DNA of 64,000 nt from contig NC_134033.1 in assembly GCF_964204645.1 (NCBI RefSeq), positions 3,430,131-3,494,130 on the forward strand, given 5' to 3'. Below the pieces are notes generated by a model, which did no database searches, was not told the DNA's origin, and worked only from the letters and a program-made list of their open reading frames with translations. This stretch comes from Tubulanus polymorphus. Lineage: Eukaryota > Animalia > Nemertea. The position numbers and the translations under genes are program-made. Positions 50,709 to 63,059 of this stretch are shown here, piece by piece; position 1 is the first letter of the stretch; each line of letters opens with the position of its first letter.

Positions 50709-51046
50709 CATACTCCATCTGCAGGGACTCGAACCTGATGGCATCGCTACACTCAGACACGGCACGAACCCCTGCCATAGACGACCATGTGCGCAGTTAC
50801 ATGCGCACTATCCGAACGAAAACTGGCGGCACCAATCAGATTGCTCGTTGTATAATCGTTGAGGCAAATTACAAGGAGGAACCATAAATGGGAAAACCCG
50901 GGCTAAAATAAAACGGGATTTCTGATTGGCTAAAAATCACATCATCTGAACTGCGCATGTATCTGCGCACACGGTCGATTGTGGCAGGGTTTCGTGCCGT
51001 GGCAATCTCGATGCCATCAGGTTCGAATCCCTGCCGGGGGAGGATG
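50709..51046. mobile_element. Second copy of the 26790-27128 MITE, 9-bp TSD
   Basis: tcaaatatg|catactccatctgcaggga ... ccctgccgggggaggatg|tcaaatatg. Confidence 0.92.
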
Positions 51047-51128
51047 TCAAATATGGTTAGTTTACGACCGGTTTTTTATTTCCAGCTCTTGATGAATGAA
51101 GATTGACGTCAGCGCTGTTCTGTTCTGT

Positions 51129-54100
51129 CTATATATCTATTCTCACTCTTTTATTGATTTTCTTAATTTCTGACCTGATGCAATATTTCATCGCAGTCTG
51201 GTCGCTGCCTATGTAACGGATATACAAGTCGGATAGGTGCGGACGATTTTCGATTAATTCGACGAATATATCGATATCGCCTTGCGTAACCAGGCTCTTT
51301 CCGTAAGCGAGGAACTCTAACCTACGAAGCGATGAGACGCTTTTAAGTTGTCGGACGATGGCGTTACACTGTTCCGCTCTATCAAGATAGCTTATAATAC
51401 CGACTTCTCGCAGCTCATTTACCGCGTCTGATGATAGATACCGAACAAGCGCGTCGCCATCAGCTTCTGAAAGCAAATCTATCAATAATACAGTCAACCG
51501 CGGCATTTGACCTAGAACGCGGCCTATTTGCAAATTACTAGTTGCGTGACAAGTAAGATGCTTCAGTTTCGGCATCGAGCCGACGCTATCACTGATTTCT
51601 ATCGACTGATTCGTCGTTAATTTGACCAGATCGAGCTGTATCGTTTCGATCGCCGAAGATTTTAACGCTGCGTTAAAAAGGTCCAATTCTTTCCCGGTCA
51701 AATTTTCATCGAACATCACTTTGTCCAAAATGTGAATGCTTTTCAACTTGGGAATCATATTCGTCAGCTCTCCGAGTATACTGTCGTCACTATCGGGTGA
51801 TACGTCAAATAGAGATAGATGATTTAGGAACGGATGAGATTTCTGAATATCGCCTAAAAGTTTCGCACTTAGAGTCGCATTTTCGATAAATAGAATTTCC
51901 TGTCTATGTTGTGTTGAGGTAACACGACTGATCAGCTGATCTTCATCATCGGGTGTAATCACTCGACTCATTCTTATCCATTCGCGCTCGAGTTTCTTGT
52001 AGTATATAATATCGGGGGTACCAAAAATGTCGTGTCCATCTAGGCACACAAACCAGTTCATGCTATTGCTCTTCTGACACAAAGTCAAGTACGGATTATG
52101 CTTGTCTATTGGCGATGGGATATTCGTGTCTGTCTTGGCTATCATACCCTGAAGACAAGTGTTACTCGCCATGGCTGTTGCCAATGTAGAATATTCGTCG
52201 TCGAATATTCCGCCGGGTTTCAGTTCGAAAAGAGGATCCCTTAAATAAACTACCTCGGTCGGGCATTGTTTGTGTTCGAGTATTTTTGCCAGGGTGTTAA
52301 TTTCAAACCTCATTAATGAACGTACGATCAACATTTTTCCGATATTGTGAACTATTTCCGCGATTGCGTCGTCCGGCCAGTCGGCTTCATGCAGGTAGAT
52401 CGATAACTCATAAGATAATACGTAGCTTTCGGATCGGAGTTCGATGAAGCGTTCGTAATCGGGAATGACCGACATTAGGAAACTACTTCGACGGTTAAAC
52501 ATTTCCACGTGATTTAGTTCATCGATTGTGACTGCTTTCAAATTTCTATCTATCAAAGTCTTGAAAAGTTCACCGAGGCCGCGGTTATGCTTGTAACGAT
52601 GCAGCAGCCCTGCCATGAATCTCGGGTATAATTCACCATATTGTTCAAGTTCTTCCGGCAGTTTATCAAACGAGCATTTTTTCCAGGGTGTTTCACCACT
52701 TTCGTTGAATTGTACTACTGAGTGTACCGCCGCCATAAATTCTTGCACAGATTTGTGTATGAACCGTAGCTGGACGGAGCGGTCTGATTTCTGTCGCGGC
52801 GACATCTCTTTGCACGTCAAAGCCGTCATCTTCGATTCGTCGGGTTTGAGACGATTTTCGCTGAAGCTGTTTTGACGCGCGATGAGCGTCTCGTACGCAA
52901 CTAGACAAATTTCCTTAAACGTCTCGGAATATTCGATATCGCGAAAAAAACATTCCGACGACAAGTCGATGCCATCGCGTTTACTGATCAGAAAACATGT
53001 CAAATCGATGTAGATATCGGTGAGTTTTGATGGTATCGTAATTTCGTCCTTGTCCATGTAGAGAAAACAAAACATGTATAGTATCAACGGGTTGTAGTAG
53101 ATACTTTGAAATAAAGGTGACGCTTTACTTCTAAGTAGGTCGAATAGCTCATCCGCATCGCGCTGGGGGAATTTCCTCTTCATTATATCGATGACTTCTT
53201 CCGTTTTGAAGCCGGATATCGATGCAATGGTAAATCTTGGATTGGTGACGATCATGCTGCCCCCGGACTCGCGCGTTGTTATGACGATATGCACTTTTGG
53301 TAATTCATTGGTGACGCGTATGACACGTTTCTTCGCTTCATCGTGTTTCAACTCATCGAAGCCGTCTAGAAAGAACATCGCTTTTTCTGCATTTTCCCGT
53401 ACGAATCTCTTAAAACTATCAACCGTCAGATTCTTTTTAATTTCTTGATTTATAAGATTTTCGAAAATGTACTTATAAATACACGCGTTATCAGCGGGAA
53501 GATCATTTAACGGTATATAAAACAACATAGGAAACTCCTTTAGAAACTTCGTCGGTGAGCTCGTCCAGCTTAAAACCAGATTGATTATTTGTGTAGTTTT
53601 ACCCATACCGGGCTCACCTACGAGGCACACGCGTTTCATAGCGCGCTGATCATAAGCGAAAAGCTCCTTGAAATCATCGGGTAAAATCACTGACTGTTCC
53701 TCACTTTCTTCATAGCTCAGCGGATTTCGTTTTCGGGGTCGAATTTTCACGTGTTCTCTGGTGAAGAAGTCGTGGAAATTGATGAATTTATCGCTCCACC
53801 AAACCTCTCTGTAATATTCAACATCGATCATTTGTTTGTACGTTTCTTCCAGACACTCCCGAACTTGAGTAACATCTGTAAAATGAAATGAATTTACGAC
53901 TTCAGATAAATGCTGATTTCATATTTCATTTTTCAAATTCAAAGAAAACAATCATAGGCTACATTGCAGGTTAAATCTAAAAGATGTTCCTTTTAATGTT
54001 GAAAAGAATCGGGTGGGTTCATTTTGGACTTCAGAATATTGAGAGACAAGTAATCTCAATTGCGTCAGAGACCAGTCTCATGATTTAAGATGACATTCGG

Positions 54101-54364
54101 ACTCGATTCAGATCCGTGAAACTGAGCCCAAAATTTAAATGCATGAAATCTATAATTACCTAGATTCTGAGGAGGTCTGTCGATGCCTTGCTTATCTTGG
54201 TGGCAGCACTGATTTATTCTTGTATAATTTATTGTATTAGTCGCACCGATTTGAGCTATTTCAGCATTTTCTACATTTATTCCTGGATTACTCTCCGCCA
54301 TCTTGTCACCGATTTGAACTATTTCAGAATTTTCTGCATTTATTTCCGGATTACTCTGCGCCAT
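51129..54364 (-). CDS. NLR-type protein: N-terminal tandem RHIM-like motifs, NACHT NTPase and degenerate LRR-like C-terminus (about 983 aa, 2 coding exons)
   Basis: Exon 54364-54160 (phase-1 donor gtaatt) splices to 53875-51129 (acceptor ttttacag). Walker A GEPGMGKTT, Walker B MFFLDGFDEL, VITTR, NPLIL, winged-helix FIHKSVQEFMAA, and LxxLxL repeats in the C-terminal third. Confidence 0.92.
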
Positions 54365-54403
54365 AGTAGATGTACTGAAAAACAGAATTTAGAATTCATT
54401 TCA

Positions 54404-54622
54404 TTACAAACTCTCTACCGGCCACTTCTATCAGGTTTACAGATTACAAACTCTCTACCGGCCGCTTCTATCAGGTTTACAGATTACAAACTCTCTACCG
54501 GCCCTTTCTATCGGGTTTACAGATTACAAACTCTCTACCGGCCCTTTCTATCGGGTTTACAGATTACAAACTCTCTACCGGTCGCTTCTATCAGGTTTAC
54601 AGATTACAAACTGTCTACCGGC
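54404..54622. repeat. 40-bp minisatellite, about 5.5 copies
   Basis: Unit ttacaaactctctaccggccgcttctatcaggtttacaga. Confidence 0.95.
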
Positions 54623-55342
54623 CGTCTGGTCGAAACGAACGCTAAACAATTCTAAACAACATACCTGATGATATGATAAATCTGTAAGATGAATATATAC
54701 TGCATCAAACGTGTACTTTAAGCACAGAAACTACTGCTAAATAAGTGTACCACTCAATATGTGTACTGCTCAATGAGTCACCAACTATTAAATGCGCATA
54801 TCAGTGACAAATATTTTATCATCGATAGATAAGAGTAAAAAACCAGTATGATATAATGTCCGTGTGAACCCCGTACATTGTCTGATACGACGCGGTTGAT
54901 AAATGAAAATTACCCGGCAGGCAGGTGTTTATTTTTTTATTTCTTTAAAAGAAACACATTTTTGGAAATAGTGACCAGGCATGCAACATTTTTATTTTTG
55001 ATGATATTTGGAAGCAACCCTTCTCTTTGTTTTCTTTAGACCTAAGATACCCAGCCAAATATGTGTCATAAAGACGTTTGCGGGCATTCACTGAACACCA
55101 GAACCGAGGAATCATTACTACATGTAGCACTCTCACTGAATGGAACATTGTCAGAAATATCTTTAAGTCTTCAACATGCCTTGAACATCTTGGCTGATTG
55201 ACACGAACGACCAGGGCAGACAGGGAAACTAACTACCGGAAACTACTACTAGCGACACCTGGTACACCACCACGGAATCATCTACCAGTTGGCGGTACCG
55301 GTAGCGCATTGTACTCTTCGGGATAATCAAATATATCACATC

Positions 55343-58300
55343 TCATACATAAGCTTCAGCGTCGCAGGACGCCGCCCAGTCCGGTATTTGCAGAAGATAA
55401 AACTTCAAACGATCGGGTATCGGTAAAAATTTCACTCGATCGCAATACGTGCTCGCCAGGATCACCTTACGACACAAATCCTGCAAATTCAAATCCGCGT
55501 CCAACTGCCAAACGCGTATGAACCCGTCCGTCGACGAAACCGCCAGGTACTCGTCGAATCGGCTGAACGAAACATGTATGGTAAATGGGTATTTCCCTGT
55601 CGCCAGCTGTCGAACGTAGCCGCCGTTATCCTGCGCGATACCGTCCAGGATATAAATCACTCGTAGATCATTCGCGTTTAAAATCTGAATTCGCAATCCG
55701 AGCGTGACGGCGATTACATCTCCGCTGCGACTGTATCGTAACGGACAGTTTCGGCCGTAAAATAAAAAGAAATCGTCTTCGTCGTCCGCTTCGTGTTCGT
55801 TTGTCGTCAACACCGTCGACCGAACGACCGCTTTCTCGTCGACATCGTAAACGTGGAGTTTACTGGCGTTGCCGCGCGTCGCGAACGCCAACACCGAATG
55901 CGCCGATTTCGGGTCGAAGTCGAACGCTCGCGGGTTCGAAATTCGACTGCCGAATTTTTCGAAATCATCGACGACGTTCAAAAACGGCTCGGGGCGTTTT
56001 TTATCACGACAGTCGACGAGAGATATGTCACCGTTCGACATGGCGATGGCGATGAACTGACTATCCGGCGACCACTTACACTCGCCGCCTACGTACTCGT
56101 CGCGACCGATGTCGCTGTATCGCACGCGACCGACGACTCGGAACGCGCGTGTCTCGATGACCGAGAGTTCGAATTCATCGCCGAAGCGAGCGATGAACGC
56201 GAGGTATGCGCCGTTCGGTGACACGGCGCCGCAGCAGTGCGCACTGATGTAGTAGCTGGTATCGAATTTAAGACGTTCTCGCTCATTGAACGCGCCCGTT
56301 TCAATATCCTGAACGTAGATCTTACAGCCGTCGACGAAGCAGACGTATTTGCCGTTGGGATGAGGGCGAATTCGGGGCTGCGGGAAGTATTCGGCACTAC
56401 TAGTTCCCGGATAAATGCGATACGCTGTAGAGAAAAAAATAGAACACATTTTCATCGCAATTTTCATAGGCGTTCCCAGGAATTTTCATAGGGGGCATCA
56501 ATCCAGTATCCAAGCACAATGTCGGGTGTTTGGTGGGTTTTAGAGACGTTTTTTCAGGCTCTAAATTTATCACTAAGAGGTAAAAGACAAGTTAAATTGG
56601 CAAGAAAAATCTTGTACATTGATAACAGAGTAATTTAAGAAGTAAATCTCGAAAGGGGGTAACCCCCACACCCCTCTGGGGACGCCTATGATTTTCTATC
56701 GGTTTATTGGTTTACGACGTGATAGGGTGATTTATGGAAGCAACCGTATTATTTATGATGTCTAAGGGTGATTTTTTGGCAGCAACCATAGTTTATCAGT
56801 GATGTCAATGGGTGATATTCCGGGAGTAACCGTGCTCCTAGAAGGGTTTATTCAGTAGTTTCCGGCTAGAGCGGTACCAGTCTATTCGGCAACCTGTAGT
56901 CATAATAAAAATAGTTCCGAAATCTACTGTATACGATAAGATGATGTCATAGGGGGAGTTATGGAAAAAGCCATTGGAAAGGTCTAGGCGATTACCACGG
57001 TAATTAATGATGTCATATGGGAACTCGCAGAGTCTGGGGAAGGGTAGATATCTTAATGATGTCATAGGGGGAGTTATGAAAGAAGCCATTAGAAAGGTCT
57101 ATAGGTCATTACCACGGTAATTAATGATGTCATATAGGAACTCGCAGAGGCAGCCATGGGGAAGGGTCAATATCGTGATGATGTCATAGGGGGAGTTATG
57201 GAAAAGGCCATTAGAAAAATCTAGGTCATTACCACGGTAATTAATGATGTCATAGGGGAACTCGCAGAGTCTGGGGAAGGGTCGATATCTTAATGATGTC
57301 ATAGGGGGAGTTATGGAAGAAGCCATTGGAAAGGTCTAGGTCATTACCACGGTATTTAATGATGTCATAGGGGAACTCGCAGAGTCTGGGGAAGGGTAGA
57401 TATCGTGATGATGTCATAGGGGGAGTTATGGAAAAAGCCATTAGAAAGGTCTAGGTCATTACCACGGTCATTACCACGGTAATTAATGATGTCATAGGGG
57501 AACTCGCAGAGTCTGGGGAAGGGTCGATATCGTAATGATGTCATAGGGGAGTTATGGAAGAAGCCATTGGAAAGGTCTAGGTGATTACGGTATTTAATGA
57601 TGTCATATGGGAGCTCACAGAGGCATCCATGGGAAGGGTAGATATCGTGATGATGTCATAGGGGGGGAGTTATGAGGTAGCCATATTACCTGTAGTCGAT
57701 GCGAGATGCCATTTAACGACGAATCCTTCAGGAGTCATCAGCCGCGGTGAGATTGATCGAATCGTGGAAATACCTCCGCAACCTACCAGTTCAACGTCTG
57801 AACACGGAATAAACTCGCAGTCGACGAGCCACAAAAAATTCTCCAGTGGTTCCTGAATCCCGTATTCCATGAACCAGTTTACTGGAATCAAATCATCAAT
57901 TTCAACATCGACCCATTCGTTGTGATTCAATATTGTAATTTCTATCGACGCATTTGCCAGCAGAATATCCAGAAGACAGCGGTATTGATATATAGAATGT
58001 ATGTTAGTAATACATGTAATTTACAGGCAGTACTGTTCCGTAAGACGAGTGCTCAGGACAAATGACCTGATCAATCAAAGTCCTGTGTGCTGGTCATATG
58101 GTCAGTACTGATAATAATGATAATATGTCTAGCCTTCTGGCTATTGTTTTAACACTCCTGATGACGTGGTCCTCATGGGTATAAAACCCGGAGACACACG
58201 TCGCTCTCTCTCTCTTTTCTCTGACTCGTGGTCACTTACACTCAGCTCTCACTTTGAGTACTACAATAAAATTACATTTTCCAACTATTAACCGTAGTTC

Positions 58301-58574
58301 TTACTTCTGAGCTAGGACCTCTATATCAGTATTCTTATTAAAAGATTTTATATATGAATGCGATAAGTCAGAGTCAGTAGTTACCTGGTCTCCGACCGGT
58401 TGTGCGAGGCATCGCGCTGAATGTGCTACAAATAGTTCGCGGTTCGCTGCGCAATTCGACCGGAAATGGCCGGTACTTTTTGTGCGGGATGAAAATATCC
58501 GTTTTGGATTTCTCGAACGGGAGTGCCGGAAATGTAGTGGAAGTATTGTGAAATTTCGATTTTAACACGCCCAT
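55343..58574 (-). CDS. WD40-repeat and SOCS-box protein (WSB-like Cullin5-ElonginBC substrate receptor), about 507 aa, 3 coding exons
   Basis: Exons 58574-58385, 57941-57690 (weak acceptor but tactaac branch point upstream) and 56424-55343; both introns phase 1. WD blades (CKWSPDSQFIAIA, VSFSRFDEYLAVSSTDGFIRVWQL) and a C-terminal SOCS box LQDLCRKVI...LPIPDRLKFYL. Confidence 0.88.
56465..56690. mobile_element. MITE with cataggcgt.cccag TIRs
   Basis: atttt|cataggcgttcccag ... ctggggacgcctatg|atttt. Confidence 0.75.
56938..57678. repeat. About 118-bp dimeric minisatellite (two atgatgtcatagg subunits per unit), about 6 copies
   Basis: Alternating ...ggagttatggaaaaagccatt.gaaaggtctagg.. and ...gggaactcgcagagtctggggaagggt.. 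subunits. Confidence 0.93.
58034..58328 (+). mobile_element. Probable solo LTR in intron 1 of the WSB-like gene
   Basis: TG...CA ends, internal ggtataaaacc TATA-like box, CT-rich tract and AATAAA. The flanks gtac/gtat form an imperfect 4-bp TSD. Confidence 0.55.
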
Positions 58575-58964
58575 TATTGATTTGAAAATGTTAAGACATT
58601 ATATGCCGAATTCGTTCTTGAAAAAACCCGGGACAGCAAATCGACGTCGCTCTTCTCTCGGCGATTTTCGCGCAGCATTTTTCCATTTCGCGGATCACCG
58701 AGAATTCCTCTTCTTTTAACTGTGATCTAAAACACAAACAAGAACAATTTTTTTGGAAAGTAATTCATTATTTCGACAAAAATATCTCCAGAAATAACTC
58801 CAGAAATACCTTTGTATCTACGTACATGTATTACTTATGATATGATTGACTAAGAAATCAAGCAAAATACTCATTCAGGGTTTCTACGCCAACACAGTCA
58901 ACCCCCGATATACCGCATCCCCGCCTACCGTCACGGTTTCTTAATGAACATCTCTATACAAATA

Positions 58965-59140
58965 CAGTGGAAACTCGTTACAGCGAACTTCATTAGACCA
59001 GAAATACGTTCGTTGTAACCGATAGTTCGTTATATCCAGTATGAAATTAATCGGATTTTCATTCTTGGGACGAAATTCTATATTTGTTATTATATCCGAT
59101 GAATCGTCGTGTCCGAGTCCGTTATAACGAGATGCCACTG
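58965..59140. mobile_element. pogo/Tigger-type MITE (TA TSD) nested within a copy of the 36263 MITE family (about 58895-59260)
   Basis: ta|cagtggaaactcgttac ... gttataacgagatgccactg|ta. Confidence 0.85.
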
Positions 59141-59497
59141 TACATAGTAAAACACCCCCGATATACCGCCCTCCCATTTACCGCAAAGCCCGGCTACCGC
59201 CAGGTTTTCTCAATGTACACTTCGACACATATACATAGTTAAACATCCCCGATATACCGTTTTATCCATTCATTTATTCATTTCAGAAAAACTAGCATTA
59301 ATGTGTACAATATGACAATCAATACGAAATGTTGTAATATAAAACTAGAATGTGGTTTCAGAAAAAAAGGCTTGTATGAACTGAAACCCAGATAAAGTAT
59401 GTAAAATATAAATGTTTGTACAAACTGTGGTTGGTTTAGAGAACTATTGTTTAAAAATTCAACCCTGCGAAAAATGCAGAGATTTTAGAACACACCA

Positions 59498-59607
59498 GGG
59501 CCCGGTTTTATAGACTGGTATTACCTTTAACCCGGGGGTTAAATCAATTGAAAATGAATTAAATTAGCCCCCGGGTTAAAGTTAATACTAGTCTATAAAA
59601 CCGGCCT
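59498..59607. mobile_element. Short palindromic MITE
   Basis: ccggttttatagactggtattacctttaacccggggg ... cccccgggttaaagttaatactagtctataaaaccgg. Confidence 0.7.
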
Positions 59608-61199
59608 AAGTACAATACATAAATAAATCTGTTTAAACATGATCAACGAAATGAGATAATCGATTGAAGTGGAGGGCGGGTCCATCTTTGATTTGAAAAT
59701 TTCAAACTTTACTGTTTGATGACAATGAATCGACGCATTTAAAACTCAAACAGATCAGCGAAGGTTTAGATATCTGTTCGATGTTTTGAAGCCATTGGCA
59801 AAATACCGACTTCAAATCATCTAATCTAAACAAGTTAGGATTTCTAGATTGAAAATAACCGGACACAAGAGTTAGATTCAGAGCCTGTAGGTAGGGTGAC
59901 AAGAAGTTAATAAATCCATCTATCGTTCGGCAAAGACGCGCTGGTTCAGATTTTGGGGATGCCAATTATTGGTGTGTGACACTGAGACGCACATATTTAT
60001 GATAGACTTACTTTGGAGCCTCGTTCCCTTTTAGATGTCATCATTCATTTCAAAATGTTCACTCTGCATTGATAACACATGTAGCACAGGGCTGCCAACC
60101 GTAACAAATTGAGATTTTTCAGTAAATAAACATTGAAATATAAGTATGCAAGAAAAATTAATCAGTAATCAACAGTAAGACCATCCGACAGGAACATCTT
60201 TCATATTCCTGTACGTATGAAACTTCAAAAAAAGCAGTATATCTCGTTAAAAAATAGTAACAAATACTGAAAATCAGGAACAATTTGGCAGCTCTGGTCG
60301 CAATAAAGTAAGTTGATTCAGAATTTGACTTTTATTGAAAAACACTCGGCGCAATCGCATTTCTCAACAATTTCACAAATTGGCAATGGAAAATACGGGC
60401 GAATTCAGATGAAATGATATGCAATAATGAAATGAGTAGATTTTTCGCATTGAAAAACACAAAACATTGGTTTTTAACCCGATTTTCGACGTTTGTAGCG
60501 GAATAGTTTAGGAATACGAATCATGCGTGTCGTACGGTGCTGCCACCGAGAAGAGCCGTTCTAAACAATCTGCAGAGCTGCCCTGTTAGGCGATGCGCTT
60601 CTCCGGCAGAAAGCTGCCCTGAGAGGCGAAAGGTATAAATGTCAAACTTGCTACGATTTGGACGAAACAGCGCGACGAACTACTGGAGATATGAGACGCC
60701 AGGGGAGCCTTGTCGAGTAATTAAATAACTATTCCTGTCAACTCAACAACAAATGGTGAAATATTCATTCAGGCTAAACAAAGATTATACGGTACTTCGT
60801 TTCTCCGCAGCGGTTGGGTAATTTTTGTAAAATTTAATCCGGTAATTTGTAATCAGTTACTTTCTATAGCTGCCGGGTCTGTTATGGTAGATCAAGATTC
60901 TAAAAGATGGACAGGGTAGATAGACGGCCGGCCGGGTCAAGTTTTAAGCTTAGCAGAGCCGTGAAACAATTGCAAAATTTCAGGTATCATTTTTTGGCTT
61001 ATTAACAGCCCTAACTCCAAATAGGCAAATTTTATATGATTCACTATTTAATTCCCCCTGGTGGCATGGTGGCAAGGAACATATTCAATCCCTGTACTTC
61101 ATGAGCGGGACGTATGATACTAAGATGGCCGCCAATTGCGCCTGAACCCTACCCGTCTTAGTGTTCAGTGATTCAGTGATTCAGCGAAGTTCGAACACC

Positions 61200-61680
61200 C
61201 CAATATTTCATCGCGGTCTGGTTGCTTCCTATGTAACGGATATACAGGTCGGATAGGTGCGGAATATTTTCGATTAGTTCGATGATTAATTCGACGAATA
61301 TATCGATATCGCCTTGCGTAACCATAGGCTCTTTCCGTAAGCGAGGAACAACCTACAAAGCGATGAGACGCTTTTAAGTTGTCGGAAGATGGCATTGTGT
61401 TGTTTCGCTCTATCAAGATAGCTTATAATACCGACTTCTTGCAGCTCATTTACCGCATCTGATGATAGACCGAACAAACGCGTCGCCATCAGCTTCTGAA
61501 AGCACATTTATCAATAATACAGTCAACCGCGGCATTTTGACAAAGATTATTCCTGCTTTTCAACTCAGGAATCATCTTCGTCAGCTCTCCGAGTATACTG
61601 TCGTCACTATCGGGTGATACATCAAATAGAGATAGATGGTTTAGGAACGGATGAGATTTCTGAATATCGCCTAAAATTTT
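61200..61680 (-). pseudogene. Internally deleted, frameshifted duplicate of the NLR 3' (LRR) region
   Basis: High identity to 51181-51520 and 51737-51860 (LGDIQKSHPFLNHLSLFDVSPDSDDSILGELT; EVGIISYLDRA), then jumps directly into a copy of 54905-55235. Confidence 0.92.
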
Positions 61681-62029
61681 CTCATTTTCAAAATCCATGA
61701 AAATGACCCGACAGACAGGTGTTTATTTTCATTTCTTTAAAAGAAACACATTTTTGGAAATAGTGACCAGGCATGCAACATTTTTAATTTTGATGATATT
61801 TGGTAGCAACCCTTCTTTGTTTTTTTAAAGCTCAGATACCCACCTTTTACAAATATGTGTCATAAAGATGTTTGCGGGCATTCACTGAGCACCAGAACCG
61901 AGGAATCATTACTACATGTAGCACTCTCGCTGCATGAAGCATTGTCAGAAATGTCTTTTAGTGTTCAACATGCCTTGAACATCTTGGCTGATTGACACGA
62001 AGGACCAAGGCAGATAGAGAAACTAACTG

Positions 62030-63050
62030 AATACGAATACGAATACGAATATTTATTACACCCCATAACCATTTCCATGGTATATGGAGGAAAAACAGCG
62101 TTAACAATAATTACATAAACAGTAATAAAAGCTACAAAACTTAATTAACTGGTCTCACACTTATGAACATAATATACTATTTACTATTTACAATACATAT
62201 ATTTACAATACATATACTGCTGGAGGGATTTATATACATCTAGACCTATTTTGATGAATAAAGCCAAATTTAAAGTTGGATTTTTTAATACATCTAAGTT
62301 CCGAAAGGTATTTATATCTAAGTGGTTTTCACGGGATTCGCTTTACGTCAATATACATAGGATAACGCCCTAGCTCTGTCGGCACTTGCACATTATGGGA
62401 ATATTTCGTAACTTTCATAATAATTTTACAGAATAAGCAATGGAGGTTTTCTAGTAAATCGAGATTCTCATAACCCCAGATTTCGCAGTCATATAGAGCT
62501 ACAGGAGCGACACACACCTGTCAAATAGTTTAAGTATTACATCTATCGGAAGTTTCAAACGTCTACCCTTCTGAATAATAGAAAACATGGCTCTCGTAGC
62601 TTAATCATAAAGCATTTTTTTGCTTTAGCGAAACTGCCATTCCAGTTGAATTTTACTCCAAGATACAAATAATCTTCAACTACCTCTAACTCATGGTTAC
62701 CAAACATAAATTTCGAAATTTCCTTGATCCTACTTTTACTTCTAGCGAAGACTAATATTTTAGTTTTATCAACATTCACTGAGAGGCCAATATTCAAATA
62801 ATGTATCTAAATGTAACTGGAGAGATTTTTCATCTTCTGCAAGAATAACTGTGTCGTCCGCGTACAGAATATTGAATAGATTAAGTACAGTCCCCAGTTC
62901 TGAATCACAATTCACATTCAGTCGTTCAATAGACAAAGTTGGATTACCGCGCGTGAGAAAAAACTCTTCAATATCGTTTAGAAATAGGGAAAATAGAATT
63001 GGTATTAAGTTTTCACATTGTCGTAAGCCTCTATCTGCAGCAAAGTAATG
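62030..63050 (-). mobile_element. 5'-truncated degenerate LINE (RTE-X-like RT 3' part) with a (TATTCG)n tail
   Basis: Minus strand encodes LYADDTVILAE, VNVDKTKILVF, YLYLGVKF and LYDCEIWGYENL..ELGRYPM; tail aataaatattcgtattcgtattcg. Confidence 0.88.
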
Positions 63051-63059
63051 TGATGTGTT

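Noticed and set aside
57860-57930. NEWVDVEIDDLIPV resembles the calpain catalytic-domain motif GEWVxVxIDDxLP
   Set aside because: No other calpain motifs nearby. The segment fits as a phase 1-1 exon of the WD40-SOCS gene and is followed by a WD-like blade.
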